Source of the DNA: Desulfuromonadales bacterium
GTDB taxonomy: Bacteria; Desulfobacterota; Desulfuromonadia; Desulfuromonadales; Syntrophotaleaceae
Assembly (NCBI GenBank): GCA_030154185.1
Contig: JASKKK010000006.1
Location: 5,056 to 69,055 of the forward strand
Length of the DNA: 64,000 nucleotides
Direction of reading: 5' to 3'
In this document: positions 47,426-57,165 of the stretch, piece after piece
Layout: the number at the start of each line of letters is the position of its first letter
How positions within the stretch are numbered: position 1 is the stretch's first letter
The notes under the pieces: generated by a model
The model's database searches: none
What the model was told of the DNA's origin: nothing
What the model saw: only the letters and a program-made list of their open reading frames with translations
Made by a program: the position numbers and the translations under genes

Positions 47426-49180
47426 ATGAAAAACCGTTCATATCATGCCCTGAAGACATTGGCAAAACGGCGCGATCACATTTCTGCAGGCAGCCGGTTT
47501 GCCCTTGCCCTGTTTTTTGTCCTGCTGTCGGTTTCCTCACCCTCCGCAGCCCAGCCCCTGCCGACCCTCGGGGATGCCGTAAGGCAGGAATCCGGCGGCG
47601 AAATGCTCCCCCCGGAAAAATCCGCGGAAAGCCTACCGGATTCGGCGGAAGCCAAACGCATCGCCTGCTTTGACCGCGTCTGGTCAGAGTATCAGGATGA
47701 TGTATGGTTTTACGGTGAAAACGGCCAGCGGGTCGTTCCTGCGATCAACCACGAATGGCTGGTGATACGTCTTGCCGAGGAAGCCGGCGGGGCAGACGGT
47801 TTCTCTCCGGCGGGAAGCGAAAGACGCGCTCCGTCTTTCGATAGCTTCAACAAACAATACGCATATTATTTTTCCCACTATCTGCACGAAGCGTCCCTGG
47901 CCCCCGCCATGGCTGCCTATCGATTGCGGCGTGACATGTCAAAAGAGGCCTTCAATACTCTGATGACCCGTTTGCGGCAGGATCCCGAGGTGATGTACGT
48001 TCACCCGTCCTGGAAAATCCGCGACAAACTTTATGCACCTCTCGAACGTATCGACCTTACATGGAAACCGGCTGCCGACATGCGCGAACGCGATGCACTG
48101 CTGCAAGCTGTCGGAGCCTACGCCGACGAGGATACAGCCATGTCCAGGCAGCATCAGGTTTCCATCGCTCCCTGCCGGAAGAGCGTCTGGCAGGCAGCCA
48201 ACCTGCTGGCCGACGACATAAACGTCATGCAAGCCCGACCAGTCCTCATGCCCCTGGTACCGCCGGTCGGCGTACGTTTTGATCTCGCCCTGAACGGAGC
48301 GACTCCCGGCACCGCCATTCCGTTCACCTTCGAAATACGTTTCACCGAACGGGTCAAGATCGAGTCGAGCACCATCGCCAATCTGAATCTCAAACCGGGC
48401 GGTATTTTCCGCAATCTGTACGACATCCACTATGACGAACCATTGAGTGCCATCGATGTCAATCGCAGTCCGATCCGTATCACCGGCTACATCAAGATCT
48501 ACGCCACCGGTGAATACAGCATTCCCGGCATACCGGTCTACTACACGGACAGCGACGCCCCTCAAAGCAAAGTGCAACTGATAAAAACCAGCGAGATCCC
48601 CGTACGCATCGCTGCCATGATTCCTGAGCAGCAAAGCGGATTCGAATTGCAGGCAGGGGATCCCGATCCTCTTCCCGCAGTAGAGGCGACCGGCACCGGA
48701 AAAGCCAAAGCTCATTCCGCTTACCTGATCGTAACGGGAGTGATTCTTATCGGGCTGGTATCCGGTTTGTCCTTTTTCTTCTGGCGTAATCGGCGCCTGC
48801 AGGTTACCAAATCGGAAAACAACACCCTTGGGCGTTATCACGACAAAATACTGGCCGCCGCAAATGCCGCGCGTCAGCATCCCGGCTTTCCGGAATTTTC
48901 CGCTATTGGCAACGCCTTGAAACACTATCTGGCCGAGTTCGCCGACCTGGGACCTGACCAGCGCGGCGGAAGCCACGTATCTTTCTACCGCCGCATCGAA
49001 TCCGCGTTGCCACCGGCGTCCCGCACGACCGCTGCCGCACTGCTGGCCGACATCGATGCCATAATCGCTCGCGGCACCGCTGCCGCCCTGCCGGGCGATC
49101 TTCCGGACCGCGTCGTTGATCTGGTGGAAACACTGCAACACCATGCTGATAACAAAGGGGAATCCCCCCGGAAGCACTGA
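47426..49180 (+). CDS. exported protein with single C-proximal TM helix (BatD-like position)
   Basis: Signal ..ALALFFVLLSVSSPSAA. TM helix AYLIVTGVILIGLVSGLSFFFW near residue 450. No family confidently recognised. Confidence 0.5.
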   Translation: MKNRSYHALKTLAKRRDHISAGSRFALALFFVLLSVSSPSAAQPLPTLGDAVRQESGGEMLPPEKSAESLPDSAEAKRIACFDRVWSEYQDDVWFYGENGQRVVPAINHEWLVIRLAEEAGGADGFSPAGSERRAPSFDSFNKQYAYYFSHYLHEASLAPAMAAYRLRRDMSKEAFNTLMTRLRQDPEVMYVHPSWKIRDKLYAPLERIDLTWKPAADMRERDALLQAVGAYADEDTAMSRQHQVSIAPCRKSVWQAANLLADDINVMQARPVLMPLVPPVGVRFDLALNGATPGTAIPFTFEIRFTERVKIESSTIANLNLKPGGIFRNLYDIHYDEPLSAIDVNRSPIRITGYIKIYATGEYSIPGIPVYYTDSDAPQSKVQLIKTSEIPVRIAAMIPEQQSGFELQAGDPDPLPAVEATGTGKAKAHSAYLIVTGVILIGLVSGLSFFFWRNRRLQVTKSENNTLGRYHDKILAAANAARQHPGFPEFSAIGNALKHYLAEFADLGPDQRGGSHVSFYRRIESALPPASRTTAAALLADIDAIIARGTAAALPGDLPDRVVDLVETLQHHADNKGESPRKH

Positions 49181-49206
49181 GCTTTCCCCCGTAAAGAGGC
49201 TTTCTG

Positions 49207-50319
49207 ATGCCTGAGTTCGAACTGCAATACCCGCTGGTCCTGATGCTGTTGCTGCCGGCCCCCTTGTTTCTGGTGCTGCGGCGACGCACTCGACACAAGC
49301 TGCCGTTTCCGGCCATGATGCCGGAAATGCGTCGCCTGCGTCCGGGGTTCTGGAAACGTTACTATAACGGCATCTTTTTCAGCCTGGTCTATCTGTGTCT
49401 GATCGTGAGTCTGGCCAACCCCGGTTATTCCAAAGAAACGGTGGAAGACTTTATCGAATCCAAATGGCTGTTTCTGGCGCTCGACCTGTCCGGCTCCATG
49501 AAGCGGCCGATCAGCCGCTTCTCGGACCAGACCCTGGGGGATCTCGCCCTGGACGGCATCCGCTCGTTTATCGACATGCGCCGCAGCGAAGACTATATCG
49601 GCCTGGTGGCTTTTTCCAGCTACGCCAAGCTTCTGGCTCCCCTGACCTTTGACAAGGATCTTCTCAAGACCAAACTCGAACTGGTACGCAGTAAAAACCA
49701 CTCCCGCATATACCGGGAACTCGGTGCCGGCGGAGGCACCAACGCCTCCGAGGCGGTCTGGCTGTCTCTATCCGCCTTCTTTTCCATGCTGCCGGAGGAA
49801 AACCGATTAAGTGTCGAACAGATAGCCGGCATGCGCGAGTTTCTGCTGGGCGAACCGGCCGCTTTGCTCGACATCCCGCAAAAAATACGCCATGCCGGGC
49901 TGGGTACGGGTATGGCTGTCATCCTCTTTACCGATGGACGTATCGAACCGACCATACGCGCTCATGAACGTCGCGGCGGACTGCCGAACCTGGTCAACAT
50001 CATTACCCTGATGAAGGCGGTAGGCGTCCGCTTTTACATCATTTCGGTGGGAGGAGAAGTCGACGAAGCGGTGCAAAAGGCCATGGAGCCTAAAGCCGGC
50101 GAGCCGACCGTCGGTCGAATATTCGTGACCTCGCGGGGCCTGGATCGGCAGCAGATCGAGGAGGTCTACCGAGAGATAGATATTCTGGAAACCAACCGCA
50201 ACCTGACCCGCATCACTCTTCAGCCGCGGTGGCTGCGTCGTCCCCTGCTGGTTTTCGGGTTCGGACTCATGATCCTGCATCTGATTCTGCGCAGCCTGCC
50301 GCGACTTAGAAAACTGTGA
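49207..50319 (+). CDS. VWA-domain membrane protein (BatA-like)
   Basis: N-terminal TM helices. MIDAS motif LDLSGSM. GGTN. Confidence 0.8.
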   Translation: MPEFELQYPLVLMLLLPAPLFLVLRRRTRHKLPFPAMMPEMRRLRPGFWKRYYNGIFFSLVYLCLIVSLANPGYSKETVEDFIESKWLFLALDLSGSMKRPISRFSDQTLGDLALDGIRSFIDMRRSEDYIGLVAFSSYAKLLAPLTFDKDLLKTKLELVRSKNHSRIYRELGAGGGTNASEAVWLSLSAFFSMLPEENRLSVEQIAGMREFLLGEPAALLDIPQKIRHAGLGTGMAVILFTDGRIEPTIRAHERRGGLPNLVNIITLMKAVGVRFYIISVGGEVDEAVQKAMEPKAGEPTVGRIFVTSRGLDRQQIEEVYREIDILETNRNLTRITLQPRWLRRPLLVFGFGLMILHLILRSLPRLRKL

Positions 50320-50408
50320 AAAAGTCATGAACAGATGCACGGCGAAAGAAGCTTGTCCCGAACAGGCGTGAAAATTTAACGTTCTGCAATGATTGCGAGG
50401 AATGAACC

Positions 50409-51209
50409 ATGTTCAACGTCACAGACATGCTGCAAAAAAACAGACGCGCCGTCATCGGCGTTTTGCTCTTCGTTTTTACAGGAGCCTTGGCGCTGCTGAT
50501 CATCGGTGGCGTCGGCTACCGAAACCATGCCCGGCAATACGATGCCCGCCAGCAGTTGAACTCGCGACTGGCCCGTATGCCGCAGGCCGGAGACCATCGC
50601 GCCAATATCGCTGAACTGGAGCACGTAATCGCCGAGGCAAAGGAACTCGACATTCACCTGCCGGAAGCGGCATACTCCCGCCTTTGGCATAAATGGCAGC
50701 TGGCCGTGCAGGATTTCAAACAGATCATTGCGGTCCTCAACAACCGATATCTGGCTGCCGAACAACGGCAACAGCTGCATACGTTCCATGAACGGTTGCT
50801 CGCCCTGCGCGACGACTGCGCTGCGGGCCTGGAGACCACCGACAGCCAGTCCATGTCGCTGCGCTGGAAACTGCACAACCTGAAAGGCAACGTTTCGGTC
50901 ATGTTGGCCTACAGCGTTCTCAGTTTTGAGCAGGACGGTCGCAAGGCGGCTAAATTCCTGTCCGATGCGGTTGACGATTATAAGACCTCCATCGAGCTTG
51001 TCGATCAAGCCTGCAGTTCCTCCCTGGAGAGATCCCTGCCGAGATGGAACATGGAACTGATTGTCGGTCTTGGCGAGTACCGCAAAATAGGACTCAGTGA
51101 AGTCCGTCAGGAAAACATGTCCGAGGTTCAGGAGCAGCTCGAAGCCTTCATTCCGGAGGTGGCAGGCTTCGCTCCCGGCGTTCCTCTCGAAACCCGGGTC
51201 GAAAAATAG
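50409..51209 (+). CDS. membrane-anchored helical hypothetical protein
   Basis: One N-terminal TM helix (AVIGVLLFVFTGALALLIIGGV), then helical repeats. Sits in the position of BatC-type proteins. Confidence 0.5.
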   Translation: MFNVTDMLQKNRRAVIGVLLFVFTGALALLIIGGVGYRNHARQYDARQQLNSRLARMPQAGDHRANIAELEHVIAEAKELDIHLPEAAYSRLWHKWQLAVQDFKQIIAVLNNRYLAAEQRQQLHTFHERLLALRDDCAAGLETTDSQSMSLRWKLHNLKGNVSVMLAYSVLSFEQDGRKAAKFLSDAVDDYKTSIELVDQACSSSLERSLPRWNMELIVGLGEYRKIGLSEVRQENMSEVQEQLEAFIPEVAGFAPGVPLETRVEK

Positions 51210-51216
51210 AGGTACC

Positions 51217-52239
51217 ATGAAATTCTCTCATTCCGAGTATTTCTGGCTGCTATTGATACTCATCCCCATCGGCTGGCGCGTACTTTCCACCGAGCGCTTT
51301 CTCGACCGCCTGCGACGGCATTTCAGGGCCGACATAAACGGCAGATCCCCATGGAGGCTGACCGGCCGCTGCCTGCTGCCATTGCTCGCCCTGACTTGTC
51401 TCGCAACGGCTCTGGCGGGTCCCCGGATCATGGTCATGCGTGCCGGCGATATCAGCGACAATCTTGTCATTGCCGTAGGCATCGACGTGAGCAAATCGAT
51501 GCTTGCCGAGGATGTGGTTCTGGAAAAACGGTCCAGAGATGAAGAAATGCCCCTTTCCAACCGCCTGAATGCCGCCCGGCGATTCGCCCTGACGCTTTTT
51601 GAGCACCTCGACGGAGAAAAAGTCGGTTTGTTCTTTTTTGCCCGAAACGGCATCGAAGTCGTATCCCCGACCCGCGATGTCGGTTTCCTGCGCTATATGA
51701 CCACCCATACCGACCTCGGCGACCTGACGGAATCCGGCAGCAACCTGATAGCAGCCATAGACAGCGGCATGATGATGGTCGACAGCCAACGGAACATACC
51801 GGCGAAAGCCGTCATCATTGTCACCGATGGCGAAGATACGGAAAACGACCGGCCGGCCATACTGCAAACCCTGTCGCGCGATTTCGGCGCCCAGACGCCC
51901 GTTTTTACCGTCGGTGTCGGCCGGACCAATGATGTTTTCATCCCCATCCGTCGCAAAGGCTCCGCCGACATCGACGGCTTTTACATGGACAATCAGGATA
52001 TTCCGCTCAAAACCCGCCAGGTTCCCCAGACCCTCGAAGAAATCTCTGCGGCCACCGGCGGAACGTACTTCGATCTCGACCGGAACAGCCCCGCCAAAGT
52101 GGTAGACAAGCTCATGCAGAAAATCGCCACGACGACAGCCGAGCCTGTGGACCTTCCGCCCCGCCGTGCGCCTTTTGACCTGTCCCCCCTGTTTCTTCTC
52201 GCCAGTCTGATTTTTTATATCCCCTTTATACTTTTATGA
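51217..52239 (+). CDS. VWA-domain membrane protein (BatB-like)
   Basis: Met41 of ORF 51097. TM helices at both ends. MIDAS motif IDVSKSM. Confidence 0.8.
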   Translation: MKFSHSEYFWLLLILIPIGWRVLSTERFLDRLRRHFRADINGRSPWRLTGRCLLPLLALTCLATALAGPRIMVMRAGDISDNLVIAVGIDVSKSMLAEDVVLEKRSRDEEMPLSNRLNAARRFALTLFEHLDGEKVGLFFFARNGIEVVSPTRDVGFLRYMTTHTDLGDLTESGSNLIAAIDSGMMMVDSQRNIPAKAVIIVTDGEDTENDRPAILQTLSRDFGAQTPVFTVGVGRTNDVFIPIRRKGSADIDGFYMDNQDIPLKTRQVPQTLEEISAATGGTYFDLDRNSPAKVVDKLMQKIATTTAEPVDLPPRRAPFDLSPLFLLASLIFYIPFILL

Positions 52240-52479
52240 AGATTCGGGGGCCGAAAAGGGTGCCAGAAACCCTGAAAACTTAAAAAACCACACTGTTTGC
52301 AAACCCCCACCCCCTTGTTTTTCGTCGTGTTTTCAAACACTTGGAGTGCAATAAAAATAATTAACATTAACCGAAAAGCGTATACCTCATCCGATATTGA
52401 ACTTTCGTTCTATTTTGTGCTATAAATTATCCAATCTGAAAAGCTCTTTGACATCAACATCAGCGATTGACGCAAAACT

Positions 52480-52580
52480 ACCAATCTCCGAGCCTCGCTG
52501 CCTACTGGGAAGGTCCCTATGGCGACAGGCCGACGGGTTCCGCTGGAAACAGCGGCGCCTCCCACCCTTGGAAAGGAGAT
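52480..52580 (+). promoter_or_regulatory. candidate Moco/Tuco (molybdenum/tungsten cofactor) riboswitch
   Basis: Contains aatCTCCGAGCCtcgctGCCTactGGGAAGGtCC...GCCTCCCACCcttGGAAAGGAGa. From memory these are the strings conserved in the Moco RNA motif. Lies 50 nt upstream of the AOR start. Confidence 0.5.
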
Positions 52581-52629
52581 TTTACCCGGAACCATTCCAG
52601 AAAGTGAAAGATTGGGAGGAAGTACAAGA

Positions 52630-54360
52630 ATGGACAAAATTTTGCGTGTAAACATGACGGACCTCACCTGCAAAGTTGAGCCCGTCCCCGCCGAGTTCGC
52701 CACCCTGGGTGGTCGTGCCCTGACCTCCACCATCGTGGCCGCGGAAGTGCCCCCGACCTGCCACGCCCTCGGCCCCAACAACAAACTGGTTTTCGCTCCC
52801 GGCATGCTGTCCGGCACCCCGGCTGCCAACTCCGGGCGCATGTCTGCCGGCGCCAAAAGCCCGCTGACCGGCACCATCAAGGAATCCAACTCCGGCGGCA
52901 CCACTGCACAGCAGTTCGCCAAAATGGGCATCAAAGCCATGATCGTCGAAGGCATGCCCAAGGATGACAAATGGTATCGCCTGCACGTCACCATGGACGG
53001 CGTTACCTTTGAAGACGCTTCCGGCCTGGTCGGCAAGCAGAACTTCGACGTCATCGACGCCATGAACGAGAAATACGACAAGAAGATCGGCGTCATGACC
53101 ATCGGCCTCCCCGGTGAAAACCGCCTGGCCTCAGCCAACATTTCGGTAAAGGACCCCGACCAGAAAATCCGCTCTCATGGTCGCGGCGGCCTCGGCGCCG
53201 TTATGGGTTCCAAACAGATCAAGTGCATCACCGTTGACGCCGCCGGCGCCGGCAAAGTCGAAATCGGCGACCCCGAGAAGTTCCGCGCCGCCGCCAAAGT
53301 GTTCGCCAAGGGTATGCTCGACCACCCCGTCAGCGGCGAAGGTCTGCCCACTTACGGCACCAACGTCCTGATCAACATCCTCAACGAAGCTGGCGGTCTG
53401 CCGACCAAAAACTTCAAGTACGGAACCTGCGAACACCACGACAAGGTCTCCGGCGAAACCATGTACGACACCATCGTCAAGCGCGGTGGCAAGCACAAGC
53501 ACGGCTGCCATGCCGGTTGTATCATTCAGTGCTCCCAGGAATACGTTGACGAGTCCGGCGCTTACATCACCTCCGGTTTCGAATACGAAACCGTCTGGGG
53601 CCTGGGCATCAACTGCCTGATCGAAAACCTCGACGACTGCGCCCGCATCGACAACGCCATGGACAACATCGGCATCGACTCCATCGAAGGTGCCGTGCTG
53701 ATCGCTGTCGCCATGGAAGCCGGCGTTATACCCTGGGGTGACGGCAAGGAAACCCTGCGCGTCATGAACGAGGAAATCGGCAAGTGTACTCCTCTCGGAC
53801 GCATCCTCGGCAACGGCACCGCATCCGTCGGCCAGGCTTACGGCCTGACCCGCGTACCGGTCGTTAAGGGCCAGGGCATCCCGGCTTACGACCCCCGTTC
53901 GGTCAAGGGTATCGGCATTACCTACGCTACCTCGACCCAGGGTGCCGACCACACCGCCGGTTACTCCATCGCCACCAACATCCTCAAGGTCGGTGGCTTT
54001 GTCGACCCCCTCCAGAAGGAAGGCCAGGTCGAACTGTCCCGCAACCTGCAGATCGCTACCACCGCTGTCGACAGCACCGGTATGTGTCTCTTCGTAGCCT
54101 TCCCCTGCCTCGACATCCCCGAAGTCATGCCCGCACTGGTAGACATGTGCGCTGCCCGCTTCGGCGTCGAAATGAGTGTCGACGATTTCGTCGGCATGGG
54201 CTCCAAGATCCTGAAAATGGAGAAGGAGTGGAACACCAAGGCCGGCTTCACCAACGAAGACGACCGTCTGCCCGAGTTCTTCGAGCTCGAGCCGATTCCG
54301 CCTCACAATGTCGTCTGGGATTTCACCGGCGAGGAAATCGACGAACTCTGGAACTTCTAA
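52630..54360 (+). CDS. aor: tungsten-type aldehyde:ferredoxin oxidoreductase
   Basis: SD gggagga. MDKILRVNMTDL.. N-terminus resembles Pyrococcus AOR. SAGAKSPLTG, GLPGEN and cluster/pterin blocks. Confidence 0.9.
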   Translation: MDKILRVNMTDLTCKVEPVPAEFATLGGRALTSTIVAAEVPPTCHALGPNNKLVFAPGMLSGTPAANSGRMSAGAKSPLTGTIKESNSGGTTAQQFAKMGIKAMIVEGMPKDDKWYRLHVTMDGVTFEDASGLVGKQNFDVIDAMNEKYDKKIGVMTIGLPGENRLASANISVKDPDQKIRSHGRGGLGAVMGSKQIKCITVDAAGAGKVEIGDPEKFRAAAKVFAKGMLDHPVSGEGLPTYGTNVLINILNEAGGLPTKNFKYGTCEHHDKVSGETMYDTIVKRGGKHKHGCHAGCIIQCSQEYVDESGAYITSGFEYETVWGLGINCLIENLDDCARIDNAMDNIGIDSIEGAVLIAVAMEAGVIPWGDGKETLRVMNEEIGKCTPLGRILGNGTASVGQAYGLTRVPVVKGQGIPAYDPRSVKGIGITYATSTQGADHTAGYSIATNILKVGGFVDPLQKEGQVELSRNLQIATTAVDSTGMCLFVAFPCLDIPEVMPALVDMCAARFGVEMSVDDFVGMGSKILKMEKEWNTKAGFTNEDDRLPEFFELEPIPPHNVVWDFTGEEIDELWNF

Positions 54361-54383
54361 GAGTCACGCTGATATGCAATACC

Positions 54384-54418
54384 GGTGGGCACCCCTCAGG
54401 GGGTGCCCACTCTTTTTA
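54384..54418 (+). terminator. intrinsic terminator after aor
   Basis: ggtgggcaccc-ctca-gggggtgcccac followed by tcttttta. Confidence 0.7.
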
Positions 54419-54475
54419 TCTGCCCTTCACATTCCATTGCATAGCATTTTTCAACGCTCGACATACAGGTGCCGC

Positions 54476-54700
54476 ATGAAAATTACTGTTAAACTCTTTG
54501 CAGGATTTCGTGACAACCGTTTCAAGGCCGCCGAGCAGGAATATCCTGACGCCGCCACCGTCGGCGATATTCTTACGGCTCTCGACATCAAAGGTCCGGA
54601 GCTTGGCGTCGCGCTGATAAACGGTCGCCATGTACCGCCTGAACATGTCCTGGAAGACGGACAGACCCTGTCCCTTTTCCCAAAGGTCGGAGGCGGTTAA
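54476..54700 (+). CDS. MoaD/ThiS-family ubiquitin-like sulfur carrier (C-terminal GG)
   Basis: 74 aa, MKITVKLFAGFRD...FPKVGGG. Confidence 0.7.
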   Translation: MKITVKLFAGFRDNRFKAAEQEYPDAATVGDILTALDIKGPELGVALINGRHVPPEHVLEDGQTLSLFPKVGGG

Positions 54701-54767
54701 TTTTCTCTATAACTGCTTGAATAAACTTTACAACTCGACAAAATCGCGTTAATTTAATCTTGTATAC

Positions 54768-54920
54768 ATCCGACGGTGCCTCAGGGCCTAACAGGGAAGA
54801 GGGGTGAGACTCCCCCGCGGACCCGCCACTGTAAGCGAGGACGAGAGATCAATCAGCCACTGGCATCAACGCTGGGAAGGCGATCTCGAGAATGATTCGC
54901 AAGCCAGTATACCTGCCGAT
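54768..54920 (+). promoter_or_regulatory. cobalamin riboswitch (leader of the btuB-like gene)
   Basis: ggtgcc..aacagggaagaggggtgagactcccccgcggacccgccactgtaag..gccactgg..ctgggaaggc..B12 box agccagtatacctgcc. Downstream, ctcctcttc (55027-55035) can pair with the SD aagaggag (55057-55065). Confidence 0.85.
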
Positions 54921-55074
54921 TCGGATCCCCCACATCATCTTCCCCGGGCCATGGGAAGGTGGGCTGAAGCGGCCATCGCTGTTGCAGGTGCGCATATTTA
55001 ATGCAGCCACATGCATGCAACCGTGCTCCTCTTCCTGCTCCCTCCAGCCTGGGCGCAAAGAGGAGTTTTTCTTT

Positions 55075-57015
55075 ATGGTTAAGATCCCGTCTTTGGCCCT
55101 GATCGGCATGCTGATGCTACCCTTTTCCGCATCTGCCATCACCTCTGAACTTACCTCCCTCGAACCGGTTGTCGTAACGGCAACCAAGCTGGAAACCCCG
55201 GTAAGTGAAATTGCAAGTTCGGTGACAGTCATCACCGCCGAAGAAATTGAAAACAGACAGCCCACCAGTGCCCTCGATGTATTGCGCACCGTCCCGGGAT
55301 TGGATGTCGTGCGTCAGGGCGGCCTCGGTCAGCAGACCTCGGTGTTTTTGCGCGGTGGCAATTCGACGCACACCCTTGTGCTTGTAGATGGGATCGAAAT
55401 GAATGACCCGGCCAACCCAGGGCGCTCTTTTGATTTTGCCACACTTGGCACGGACAACATCGAACGCATCGAGATCGTCCGAGGCCCCGGCAGCACGCTT
55501 TACGGTTCGGATGCCATTGGTGGGGTAATCAACATCATTACTCGAAAAGGGTCCGGCAAACCAACTATCACCCTCTCTGCCGAAGGTGGCAGCTTCGAGA
55601 CCCATCAGGAAAAGTTTTCCTTGAGGGGCGGCAACGATCTCTGGAATTACTCGCTGGCTGCCTCCTTCATAGAATCGAACGGGATATCCGCAGCCGATGA
55701 AAGATACGGGAACTCGGAACGTGACGGATACGACCGCACCTCCGTATCGTCCCGCATCGGAATCACCCCCACAACCAACTTCGATCTCGACTTTTTCCTG
55801 CGCTATTTTGACTCCGAAGCCGATCTGGACACCTTTGCCGGTCCGTTTGGCGACGACCCCAACAACACCTTCGATTCGGAGGCTCTTTTCCTACGTCTGC
55901 AGGGCCGGTTGTTCTTGCTGGATGACTTATGGGAGCAGAAGCTTGGCTTCGCCCTGAGCGACTACGACAGAGAGAACCGCGACGAGACCGATGCCCTTCA
56001 CCCCTTTGACAGCAGCCTGACGACCTACGATGGGCGCTTGTACAAAGTCGACTGGCAGCACAATCTGTATCTGCACCCGACCAACACCCTGACAGTCGGC
56101 ATAGAGTACGAAAAAGAAGAAGCCGAGAATACATCCCAATACTTCTATGAGAATCCTCTCTGGAACACCAACGACAAGTTCGACAAGAAAAGTGTGGAGA
56201 CGACCGGATACTACGTTCAGGACCAAGTCAAACTCTGGCAGGATTTCATTACCACGGTTGGACTGCGGGTCGACGACCATGAGGAATTCGGCGCACGTTT
56301 GACATACCGCATTACCAGCAGCTATCTGTTCCGCCAGACCGGAACGCGCATCAAAGGCACTTATGGAACAGCTTTCAAGGCACCGACCCTGGCCCAACTC
56401 TATGAGAATTCCACTTACGTTCTCGGAAATCCCGACCTGACCCCGGAAAAGAGCCGCGGCTGGGATATCGGCATCGAGCAGGGCTTTTGGGATAACCGGG
56501 CGTCTTTTGGGGTCACCTACTTCGAAAATCATTTCGAGGACCTCATTAATACCTTTTACAACCCGCTTAGTTTTAAGTCCGAATATGAAAACATAGACGA
56601 GGCCCAGTCAAAAGGCATAGAGATTGTCGCATCCGTGCGCCCGGTAGACGACCTTACCTTCTCTGCCAGCTACACCTACACCGATACGGAAAACCGCACC
56701 ACCGGAGAGAGACTGTTGCGTCGCCCGCTTCACAAATACAATCTCAATGTCAATTACCGCTTTCTTGATCGCGCCAACGCCAACCTCGATATTTTCTATT
56801 TTGGCGAACGCGAGGACCTCGACCTCTACGATTGGACCGAAACCAAAACCCTTGGCGCCTATACCGTGGTCAATCTGGCCCTTTCCTACGAAATCAGCGA
56901 ACATTTCCGAATTCACGGCCGAGTGGAAAACTTGTTCGACGAGAAATACGAAGAGGTCAATGGCTTCGGCACCCCCGGCATCGCGGGATACGCAGGCGCA
57001 AGCCTGACATTTTAA
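55075..57015 (+). CDS. btuB: TonB-dependent receptor, BtuB-like (cobalamin)
   Basis: Signal MVKIPSLALIGMLMLPFSASA. TonB box region EPVVVTATK. Plug and barrel. C-terminal ..YAGASLTF. Riboswitch upstream. Confidence 0.8.
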   Translation: MVKIPSLALIGMLMLPFSASAITSELTSLEPVVVTATKLETPVSEIASSVTVITAEEIENRQPTSALDVLRTVPGLDVVRQGGLGQQTSVFLRGGNSTHTLVLVDGIEMNDPANPGRSFDFATLGTDNIERIEIVRGPGSTLYGSDAIGGVINIITRKGSGKPTITLSAEGGSFETHQEKFSLRGGNDLWNYSLAASFIESNGISAADERYGNSERDGYDRTSVSSRIGITPTTNFDLDFFLRYFDSEADLDTFAGPFGDDPNNTFDSEALFLRLQGRLFLLDDLWEQKLGFALSDYDRENRDETDALHPFDSSLTTYDGRLYKVDWQHNLYLHPTNTLTVGIEYEKEEAENTSQYFYENPLWNTNDKFDKKSVETTGYYVQDQVKLWQDFITTVGLRVDDHEEFGARLTYRITSSYLFRQTGTRIKGTYGTAFKAPTLAQLYENSTYVLGNPDLTPEKSRGWDIGIEQGFWDNRASFGVTYFENHFEDLINTFYNPLSFKSEYENIDEAQSKGIEIVASVRPVDDLTFSASYTYTDTENRTTGERLLRRPLHKYNLNVNYRFLDRANANLDIFYFGEREDLDLYDWTETKTLGAYTVVNLALSYEISEHFRIHGRVENLFDEKYEEVNGFGTPGIAGYAGASLTF

Positions 57016-57165
57016 CCAAAACCCATGCGTCCGGCATTCAAGACGTTGATTCCGACACACCGGGATGCGAGACGCAGCCGAGCGACCACCTCCGGACCTG
57101 GGATTTCCAGTCCGGAGGATGGTCCCCATATCCGGAAGCGCTGTAAAAAGGCGAGTATCGCTGTC

